Assembly: GCA_028534125.1 (NCBI GenBank)
Contig: CM052817.1
Location: 30,506,001 to 30,570,000 of the forward strand
DNA length: 64,000 nt
Source: Lama glama
Lineage: Eukaryota
Direction of reading: 5' to 3'
Shown: positions 54,371 to 64,000 of the stretch, one piece after another
Numbering within the stretch: the stretch's first letter is position 1
How the letters are laid out: the number at the start of each line of letters is the position of its first letter
The notes under the pieces: model-generated
Databases searched by the model: none
Told to the model about the DNA's origin: nothing
The model's input: only the letters and a program-made list of their open reading frames with translations
Translations under genes and position numbers: made by a program

Positions 54371-55011
54371 AACACAGAACCTGCTGAAGAGTTTACCTCA
54401 CTTGTCTAACTCAAGCCAGACTGCTTGGATCTATCTCTACCACTTAAAGTTCATTAAACTTTTTGATCCTATCTACAAATTGGGAATTATAGGAATTCTT
54501 ACCTCATAGAGCTCATACACAAAATAAATTGAGTTTACGCTCGCAAAGTACATAGGATAGTATTGGACATTTACTAAGTATTATAGAAGTGTTTGTTAAA
54601 CAATAGATAAAGTAAGTAAATAAATAAAACTTAGGGGTAGAAGATTTATCAATGTATATTTTTTAATATCACATTTGCCCTTGAAATATTAGCTTTGGAG
54701 TTTTGGAGGTATGGCTCAAAAACAATAGTAAATTAATATGTAAACTTAAAACTGGCCCTATACCCATGATATTTAAATACAAGACATTCCTAGATTCTAG
54801 AATAGGTATCTCCCATAACATTGTGTTCTTAGAAACCAGAATTGAATGTTACCTAAAGGGAGAAGAGGGCCTGGAAATTTTCTTGGTTTCAGTTTCATCA
54901 GGATGCTTGTCAGTTTGTGTGAGTAGCACAGATTCCAGAAAACTTTTATTAATACATTAATTCTGACACTTTGAATTTATCGTATCTGCGAGCAAAACAC
55001 ACTTAGCTTAC

Positions 55012-55036
55012 TGTTGCCTCTCTTAAACAATGGCAT
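55012..55036 (-). other. Candidate coding end of an alternative first exon (MPLFKRGN, phase-1 donor)
   Basis: ATGCCATTGTTTAAGAGAGGCAACA|gtaagc; the upstream ~400 bp (to ~55440) is repeat-free and retains CpGs, promoter/UTR-like. Kozak context weak. Confidence 0.35.
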
Positions 55037-57692
55037 TTGAGGTATTTCCACTATTCAGAATTTTTAAAAGTCTGCATTCAGGATCACCAGATTTTGTTTG
55101 AAGTACAATTTCTTTCCTCTGCAACATATTTAAAAAACCTCTTCATTTCCATTCCCTCCTTTAACTCCCAGTTCCTGGCGCTCCGGTACAGCTGGAAGTG
55201 GAGACTCTATCTTTTGAAACAAGGCCTCCTGTCTCCAGGAAGCAGATATTTTCAATCCTATTCCACAGCGGCTCCTCGCACTGCCTCTTGTGATGGAATT
55301 GCTAAGTTGGTGAAACCTGCCTCTCAAGGAGGGCTTCTCTTATTTCATTTGTTTCAGCTGGAAAAATCACTCTCAACAGATTCCTGAACTGAAGCTACAA
55401 CTGACGCTTCTGCAGCCCGAGCCCCTAGGAGCCCACTGAGAACTAATACTGCTTCCATAAGCTCCTGTAGACAGTGTCTTTCATCACTGAATTGTTCAGA
55501 CCTTGAGTAGCATTTTCTCCTGCTACAGATTTTTCTGCAGCAATGAAATGTGCCTCTAGTTCTTATTTTCTTCTACCCTTCTCCTACATCTTTCAGAAAA
55601 TTTTAATTTTTTAAGCATTCAATCTGTTTAGGAAGTTGAGTTTCTTATTAATTTGGTCTCTTCTCCAAAACATATAGTTATTATCCCTGCTTGTTGGAAA
55701 TAAATACTTGCCTTCCTTTTCATCTTTTCTAGACATCAGGGGTTTTGGGGTTTTTTTTTTTCCTCCCTAATTTTTCCCTCTATTTCTTGAATTCCAGAAT
55801 CATTCCTACCATCAATGATGAAATCACTAAATTCTGAGTTTACCAAAACCATCTACTATTTAAACAAATCTCTCCTCCTCCACTTCCCTGAGATGGATAA
55901 TTGCACAAAAAAAGTTTCTCCCATCAGACAGGCATTAAGTCCCTTCAAGCTTAAACTGAACTTACGTTCTCACCTTGCTCCTTTCAATATGCTTTATCTT
56001 GCTGAGACTTGTCTTGAGTCCTAATGTTTGGGCACATTCCTTAAGCATAAACTATATGCCTCTCTACAAACCTACAAGGACTATGTTACCTGAAAAATCA
56101 CCTAATGATACGTGTGTATTCTACAGATCTTCCTAGTATTCCTCAATCTTTAAGATGCTGTTCTAGTTCATTTTACATCATTCCTCATCTGTGACCTCTC
56201 AATAGTTTCCTGTTTCTTGACTCACTTTGAGGTAGTCATTCCCTTTGAGATCTTGCCTCTTTCTCTTTTTGATTAATTTGGGACCTGGGACCCTATTTCA
56301 ATCTAATAACAACTAAACACCTCTCTTTTCCAATACTCTGTTGTATAGCATTTAGGTCCCCTTGAATCTCCATTGCTCTCTTATGTCTACTTGAACTTCA
56401 AAGGGTTATTTTCTATGTCACCTTTGTGATTTCATCCCCTAATTTCTCAAGTTTTCTTCTAAAAAAGTTTTATTTTCCTCCAGCCTATTTTTTTCCTTTG
56501 CTTCTATTCTCCCATTGTTCTATATTAAGCTGAAGCACAAGTTTTAAATTACTCTAATACCTTAAACTCCTAAGCAAAATCAATTATTAGAACCAGAGCA
56601 TTTCAAACACAAGCCTTTCTGACTTGCTTTCCTACCAATTGTTTTTGCAATAATTTTTTTGAGTTATTTCTCATTCTAAATTAAAGATGAAAGTATATGC
56701 TCTTTATAGTAAGGATCCCCAATTTTTGTAAACTTGATATCCATTATCCATTTGATCATGGATGGAGTCACAGTTTGAATCTGGGCAGTGAATAGTCACC
56801 ATCAGAACATATGAAATTATCAAATTCAGAGCCACCTGAGATCAAGAGGAAGGAGCAACTTTTAAAGGTACAAACAAGTCACATGACTCTCAGATTTGTC
56901 CCTCCAACATTTTCCTTGACTCTGAAGGGGAATCAAAATAATATTAAAGATAATCAGAATTTCAGCAGACTTTTTCTGCCAACAACCTAAACCTGGCACT
57001 AAATATGTCCTGCAGGTACTACTCGAGACAGTGTAAACACTTAGAGACCTAAAAAGGCTGGTACATGAAAAGAGTCTCTAGAATCAAAACCTTGAGACCC
57101 AGATAAGGCTACTTAGAAAAAAATCACGTATGCAGAGTTTAAGTTCCAGCAGCAGCAACTATTTGGCTACGACACATTTAATAAGGAAGACTCAGCAGTC
57201 CTGGTCAGAGTCTGCTTGCTCAAAGCTTGCCTGCCTTTGCTGACAGCCCAAAGCACACAGACTAGCGTCTATAAAAACGGGTGTTCGTTTATACAAAAAT
57301 AGCCACTCTCCTATGGACGAAACTGCCATAAGCTGCAACAACCCACTACAGCTGCAAATACGTGGTCAGGCCTAGACCAATACTGTCAAAGCTTCACAGC
57401 TTTCACTTTAGCCATGCCAGAAGCTTTACTCCACAAACACTCCACGAGATGAACGAAACGAAAGGAATTCCGCTTTTTCGTTTTCCCTTTATTCTCACTC
57501 TATTTGCTAGATGTCTGGGTGTGAGGAGGGTCCCATAAGTAACATCTCTCTTTTCCCCTGAGAGAAATACAACAAGAAAAGGAGCAGGAAAACAAAAAAC
57601 ATTTCCCTCAGAATCGCTAGAGAAGATACAGGAGGCTGTGGCTTGTAACTGCAGGTTTACTGACACTGAGCTCCAGAACTGGATAGACTTAC

Positions 57693-57775
57693 CAACCACG
57701 GCACAAACCGCCTCCAACGGAAGATGACGCAGAGGCAAATTCGGCGCCTTCACCTTCACAGCCCGGAAGGCGGAG
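57693..57775 (-). other. Probable non-coding first exon of an unidentified minus-strand gene (5' end approximate)
   Basis: Donor GTGGTTG|gtaagt (GT at 57692-57691) just downstream of promoter motifs; no ATG in the exon; CpG retention extends leftward to ~57250. Confidence 0.65.
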
Positions 57776-57930
57776 TCAAGTGGGCACTTCCTAGGGAATA
57801 GCTCCTCCCTAAGCGGAAAGGAAGGGGCGGGTCACACACGGGGGCCTGCCTCTTTCTGAATTAGCCAATCAGATAACGGACTGCCGCCTCCACGGGAAGA
57901 AGTAAAAAGACAGAGAAGCGGTAGGCGTGT
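57700..57930. promoter_or_regulatory. Compact CpG-retaining, TATA-less promoter
   Basis: CGGAAG at 57718-57723 and CCGGAAG at 57763-57769 (ETS); TGACG at 57725-57729 (half-CRE); GGGGCGGG at 57824-57831 (GC box); AGCCAATCAG at 57863-57872 (NF-Y); among the densest CpG clusters in the window. Confidence 0.8.
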
Positions 57931-58074
57931 TGTTCTTATATGTGTTCCCCCACAGTAAAGGAAACAGATTTGGGAGTAAGTGTTCCGTTAATATAATGCA
58001 TAGTCTCTCTGATCTTTACCTTCCTTGTCACACCAGACTTTTGGCAAACTCTGCTTTGTTCTCTCTATTACATC

Positions 58075-58486
58075 TTTTTTCTTTTTTCTTTTTTTCTTTT
58101 TCCTTTTTCCTTTTTTCTTCTTTTTTTGCTTTTTTTCTTCTTTTTTTTTTTTTTGCTTTTTTTCTTTTTTTCTCTTTTTTTCTTTCCTACTGAAGTATAG
58201 TCAGTTACAATGTGTTAATTTCTGGTTTACTGCATAATGTCCCAGTCATGTATGTGTGTGTGTGTGTGCGTGTGTGTGTGTATACATATATATATTCATT
58301 TTCATATTATTTTTAATTAAAGGTTATTACAAGATACTGAATATAGTTCCTATATATAGTGGTTAACATTTGCATATCTCAAACTCCCAGATTTATCCTT
58401 TCCCACTCCCTTTCCCCTGGTAACTATAAGATTGTTTACTATGTGAGTCTGTTTCTGTTTTGTAGATGAGTTCATTAGTGTCCTCT
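58075..58486 (-). mobile_element. Camelid-type L1 3' end with ~110-nt degenerate poly(A) tail (T-rich on +) and internal (TG)n
   Basis: tgaagtatagtcagttacaatgtg...aggttattacaagatactgaatatagttcc...cccctggtaactataag...gtgagtctgtttctgttttgtagatgagttcatt. Confidence 0.85.
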
Positions 58487-59830
58487 GTCTTAATCCCACT
58501 TGGTCACAAGGGAGCTTTGAGATTACCTGTAACCACAGAGGAAGCTACAAGTCTTGTAGTGTATCTGACTCCTCCTAAGCATGCCAGGTTGTTAACTACG
58601 GTAACCATAGAATGTTTTCCAAACTGGGATCCTTGAAAGTGAAAGGGAGCCATAAAATTTATTAAAATTGTAAGTTTTTGAGATTTTGTATTGGTGGATT
58701 TATAAAAAGTGTAATTCAAAATTCATTTTGTAAAATAAAATTATATAAAATTAAAATAACTATATTTAGGCAAAAACTTTAAAATGTCTTCATAATGACA
58801 AATGAACATTAAAAATAACATAGAATGATCAGTCTTGGCACATGTTGATGTATTTTAAATAATGTTTTGGCCTTAATTGTCTGTAATAATGGGTCACAAT
58901 ATTTTTCTGAAGAATATATTTTTAATATGGTATTATTGTTTTTAATTTTTTTAATTGCCCAGAGTCTTCTCAAATATGTATTTTATGATTGATATATGGG
59001 AAAATGTGACACCTTCCCTTCACTGTTAACTGTAGGTAATATTTTAAATTAAGAAAATAAACACAGAAATTATGCTAAACAGACAATCTCATTTCTATTT
59101 TTATCTTAAAATATGTAAATTTTCAACATAAATATTGTCTCATGTACTATCTTTTTGCCTCTACTCAGGGTAACAATCTTCAGCAAACATGTGTATGACA
59201 CAGCATCATAAAATAAGTTTTCCATTATTTATGACTCTTTTGAAGGTTTTGCCAGATTTAGACTCTACAAATTGAAAAGCCTTTTCATTTCTCTAAGAAT
59301 GTGAATTTCTTCTGTTATAATAGGAGTTCCATCAAAAGAGTCTTCATATGGGTTAAAATATTCCAAAGTACAATTATATAATTTCAAAATTAAATCTTAA
59401 ATTATACATTGTTTAAAACCCAAACTTGCTTTGGTTGTTCCTTGATGCTGTAGAGGTAAATTTAAATGTCTTCCTTGTGTCACAAGCTTTTTTTCAATAA
59501 CTGCAATATACAAAATCTTTAAAATCTGAATTTTATTAGCACAATTTTTGAGTTAATTAAAGATCTCTAAGTGATTTTTAAAAAATGCAACAAAATTTTG
59601 TAAGTTTTGTTTATAAGAAATTCATTAGTTTTGTAAACCATTTAACTTTGTTTATAAAGTTTATTTTTAGAGAATATAACATTTATAAAATCCTATTTAG
59701 GAGCAACCAAAGAGTGAGAATACAGACTATTATGTTTGAGTCTTTTTTTTTTTTTCCTTTTTTTTGGGAGATACTCAATTCTAGTTTTATCACAAACAGT
59801 TCTGCAGTTTGCTTCATCAGTTGTTATGTA

Positions 59831-60160
59831 CAGTGGCATGTTGGTATCCATGGGGAACTGGTTCCGTGACACCCCTCTTCCTGCCCCCAGGAAGATACTA
59901 AATTCAGTGGGTGCTCAAGTTCCTTTTATAAAATGCACAGTATGTGCATATAATCTATGCACATTTTGCCATATACTTTAAATCATCTCTAGATTATTTA
60001 TAATATCTAACACAATGTAAATGCTATGTAAATAGCTGCCTGTGCACTGCAAGTTTAAGTTTTGCTTTTTGGAAACTTCTGGAATTTTTTTTCAAATATT
60101 TTCAGTCTGTGGTTGGTTGAATCTGCTGATGTGAAACTCGCAGATACTGATAGCTAACTA
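59831..60160 (+). mobile_element. MER2-like Tigger MITE
   Basis: ta|cagt...ggtatccatggggaactggttcc...atactttaaatcatctctagattatttataat...ggttggttgaatctgctgatgtgaaactcgcagatac. Confidence 0.85.
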
Positions 60161-60164
60161 CATA

Positions 60165-60636
60165 CAGGCTTTACCTCAGAGATATTGTAGGTTCAGTTCC
60201 TACACTGCAATAAGCAAATATCGAAATAAATGACATCTCACAAGTTTTTTGGTTTCCCAGTGCATATGTTTTGTTTACACTATACTGTAATCTCTTTAAT
60301 GTGCAATAGCATTATAGCTAAAAAAAAGTATATATACTTTTATTAAAAAATACATTATTGCTAAAGAATGCTAACCATCATCTGAGACTTCAGCACGTCA
60401 TAGTAATAACATCAAAGATCGCTGATCACCATAACAATTATAATAAAATGAAAAAGTTTGAAATATTCCAAGAATTACCAAAAGGTGACACAAAGACATG
60501 AAGTGATCAAATGCTTTTGGAAAAATGGCTTTAATAGACTTGCCCAAACGAATGTTGCCCCAAACCCTCAATTTGTAACAAACAACGTATCTACAAAATG
60601 TAATTAAGTGAAGCACAATAAAACAAGGTATGTCTG
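60165..60636. mobile_element. Internally deleted Tigger1 derivative (MITE)
   Basis: Both Tigger1 ends present: ta|caggctttacctcagagatattgtaggttcagttcc ... aagcacaataaaacaaggtatgtctg|ta; TA TSD. Confidence 0.88.
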
Positions 60637-63600
60637 TATGTGACAATATTTGTAAAGTTTGACAATTACAGCTTATAAGTCAATTGCAGTTTGGATGCAT
60701 TTTTGAATTTTGTGCACATCACAGCCAGTTCTGAGGATATAGTTATTCCATACATTTCTCAGTAAGAATTTTTATTTTTGACTATAACCCCGTGCCCTGC
60801 CCAATTTAAATTCATATTACTGCAAATAATTTTATTTTAAATATAGTCCTTTTAACTTAATATAAAATAACATTCACAAAAATAGCAGACATTTTACTTT
60901 TGAATAATGAATTTTCAAGTTTTAATATGATTCCATGAACTGAACAGGTTAAAAAAAAAAAGCATTGGAAGTTGTTTAACTTATTTTCTACTTGAAGCAT
61001 CTGATAGCAGTGATATAAAACTGGCCTTATGTAGCAGCCAATGTCTCAACCTACAGGCACTAGAAAATTTGGGATTAAAAGTAAGAAAAACTAAGTAGAT
61101 GAATAGTCGTTTACTCTATTAGGAAATGTCTATTTTGCAATGTTAGATGTACAGGTACCTTCTGCAGCCATGTATGTGTTAATTTCTTATCTTCCAGCAC
61201 AGTTGTCTTAAAGTAACTGCTGTTCTTTGAAGTAGATGCTGATGATTCTTCTGCAAGTCTGTGTCTTCTGGTTTTCACAGTGCTATCACTAATGTTCTCA
61301 TGGTGGATGAGAGATAGTGACATATCTTGTGCACTTTACATATTATTTATCAACTTTCTTGAGAACAGAAATTTAGTATTTAAAATCTCTTTAAATATGC
61401 ACTGTCCTTTTTTTTAAAGCGCATTGCTCATGAAAAGGCTTATTGCAAAATTAAAATAAGTTTTACTAAGTAATACAATATTTATGTATTTATAATACAC
61501 AGTAAATGACAGAACAACTGTAGTCAAAACATTCAGACTACTGTGCATGAACTCAAGAGCAGCATGAACTAGCCTCAGTTGCCCAGGCAGATTTTGTGTA
61601 CCCTTTTCTACAATGTTCCACTGAACCCACTTTTTGGCATCTTAGGTCTGGAGGCCCTCTGCCTCTCAAAGGCTTATGCATGAACCAGGCCCCAACTGGA
61701 CAGAAGGAGAACAGCAACAGATAGTTTGTCCAACATGACCTAAGGCCAGAAAGAGTTAGTTTCCTAGCTGTCCTGAGCTGCTAGTGTCCCAGACTACCTT
61801 GCTTTATTAGTGAATGTCTTAACATTACATTCTTAATAAAAAGATGTTGGTTGTGTTGGGTCTGGAAAGATCAGGACTAAAGACAAGCTACTGTTGGTTG
61901 TCACTGAGGTTTGACGCTGTGTTAACATTGGAATTTTGTTTACAGGTTTCACACATTTCTAAATGAGATCATGGCAGAAGCCAGAAGAATAAGGTCTAAC
62001 AAATCCTCTCTGACTTCCTTGAATACAAACATAAATACTGATTTTTCAACAAAAATATAAAATCTTGGATAAACACTATATTGGAAAAGATGTCAAGAAA
62101 TAGGATGTACATTCTTTTGTGTGGCATGTTTCTGTGAGCCTGACACCTTCAGAACTCTCCAGATAAGGAGTGGAAGCAAGTCCGCTTTGAGAAGATCTCT
62201 AACCCAACTACATATATTTTGTTTACTTCCTTCCTTTTACAGTTATTTCTAACTACATAAATTTTGTTTTGTGTGACCACAGAGCTTAATCTCAGAAGTG
62301 AGAAAGGGCACAGTGTGCTTACCTCTCTTTTTCCTCTCTCCCCTGTCTCTAAATATCGACCACCTCACACACTTCTCAGTTTAGATCCCACTCAGAAATC
62401 TACACTGGGGAGAAGGAGTGATGGGAACTCTCTAAAGAGATTTTTGTCAATTGCCAGTTTGATTCTTTTCTTTGTAAGGGAATATGAGTAAGAAATAAGC
62501 TGGAGAGCTACGTGGAAAGCAATCAGAGTAAAAAGACAAGAGGGGCATGGCATAGTTCTTGGGGAGGCATTTATGGATACTTTTGGAGGCCAGGATATGG
62601 GAGTAATTGTGGAATATGGGGAAACAGATGGGATAAAAGGATTTTAAGAAGTGTTCATTTCCATTGTATGCATACACTTCATGGTGTTTAAGAAATGCAA
62701 ATGAATACATTAATTTACTTAGAAGTTGATTTTTGATCTCTGTGCTGTGATTCTGACTGCCATACTGCAATTGTATGAGTTCAATACGACTAAAAAAGGG
62801 AACAAACAATGGAATTTAGGAGAAATGTAATAAAAGATGTCTTGATCAAGAAATGATTCAAGTTTAAAACAATATCTAACAATGTTAGCATTTAAAGGAT
62901 GTGTTTAATCTATGACACTAAGTTATGCAATCTTACAGCTTGAACATCCACATGATTTTTTGAGAGAGACTGCTTTCTGGCAAGTTTTTGTTTTTATTTT
63001 GTTTTTAAACCAGTGGTTTGCAGGTGATTTGACAGAACTGACATCTCCATTTATTTAGGTCATATGAATGGCTTGCTAAATTTGTCGTACTGCACCTCAA
63101 AGACTAATTAAAAATTTTTCAATTTTTGCCACTTAAATGTTTCAAACTGCCACTTACTAGCTCAACTGCCAGCTCACTAAGGTCTGGAGTCAATTAGCTA
63201 AATGAAGGGACAGTTAAGGGGATGGTGTACTAGCAGCAGCAGGATATATCTCCACTGTCACACTCCCAAAGCTCAGAGTACCTTTACTTAATTGTGCTGC
63301 CATTTTTAGCTAAGGTTTAGGAAGAAGCCACTCTGCCCTGGTAACTCTTTTCCCCAGAACCTGAATGACTTCTAAGTTTGACACCCTGCTGAGAGCAACC
63401 CATGTGACCCAGTTCTCTCACAATCTTGTTTCATGTGTTATAAATGTAGAGGTATTATGTCCTCTATGGATTTTATTGAAGGACACATGTTTCTTCCTCT
63501 ATGTCATCCCCTCTGGATCTGTTTGACTATTAAGTAATGGCAATGCACACAACAGCACACCAAGTGACACAGGTCAAAGGGCATTGGTAATTTGGGTTAT

Positions 63601-64000
63601 TTTTTCATAGGTTGAAATTCTGTACTGATTATAAAGCTAATTATCCAAATATCATGTTGCTGTTTTAAAAAATATTTATCTCAGTGTGGAGAATCTAGGG
63701 CAAGTGGATCTAAATTCCACAGAGGTTATCAACTGCCAAGAAGGCATAAAAAGTTGGTCTTCATCAAATAGGCTGGTGAATAATGTTAATATACATGTCA
63801 GATTAGAGATGGCTACAGTTCTTTGACACTCCTTGAATCTGAGAGGACTCTATAACTATTTGGACCTAGAGAATACAGCACAAACGCCGTGGTTTGTGCC
63901 AGTTTGTAGGATGGACATTAATAGATTTGCTGCCTCCACTTCCTGTCTCTTAGAGCTTGCTCTGGGAAAAACTAGCTACCCTGAATGAAATCTGACTTAT

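Larger units (their letters stand above)
58600..61500 (-). mobile_element. hAT-Blackjack-like DNA transposon fossil with decayed transposase
   Basis: Collinear minus-strand peptide remnants: KTRRHRLAEESSASTSKNSSYFK, AAEGT, SFISLLSDASSRK, GCDVHKIQKCIQT, AVIVKLYKY, KIKNNNTILKIYSSEKY; termini not resolved. Confidence 0.7.

Noticed and set aside
57403..57759. 118-aa minus-strand ORF at the promoter
   Set aside because: Starts at GTG and reads through the splice donor into intron; no recognisable homology.
25778..57775. Assigning a gene symbol to the host gene
   Set aside because: No recognisable coding exon in the window, and the candidate peptides matched no protein I could recall with confidence.
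57927..58237. Phe-rich, membrane-like ORFs
   Set aside because: Translation of the poly(T)-rich L1 tail.

Overview
This is AT-rich, CpG-depleted mammalian DNA dominated by interspersed repeats, almost certainly camelid (Vic-1-like tRNA-derived SINE; camelid-type L1 3' ends). It contains no intact long CDS, rRNA, tRNA gene or CRISPR array, and the ORF track is noise or repeat-derived. The best interpretation is the 5' end and first introns of an unidentified minus-strand gene. A compact CpG-retaining promoter (~57.7-57.9 kb; ETS, GC box, NF-Y CCAAT) has a non-coding first exon. Several candidate downstream exons follow at ~55.0, ~39.8-40.1, ~25.8 and ~11.8 kb; three carry short ATG-initiated frames ending at phase-1 donors. 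Other notable structures: a ~7.5 kb two-LTR non-autonomous ERV1 provirus inserted into an older MER34-like LTR and itself hit by two L1s and a solo LTR; a long hAT-Blackjack-like transposase fossil split by two Tigger MITEs; and a decayed coding-like segment at 5.8-6.9 kb with tentative Elongin A similarity. Repeat family names come from recalled consensus sequences, not a database search. I found no convincing evidence of a new biological system.
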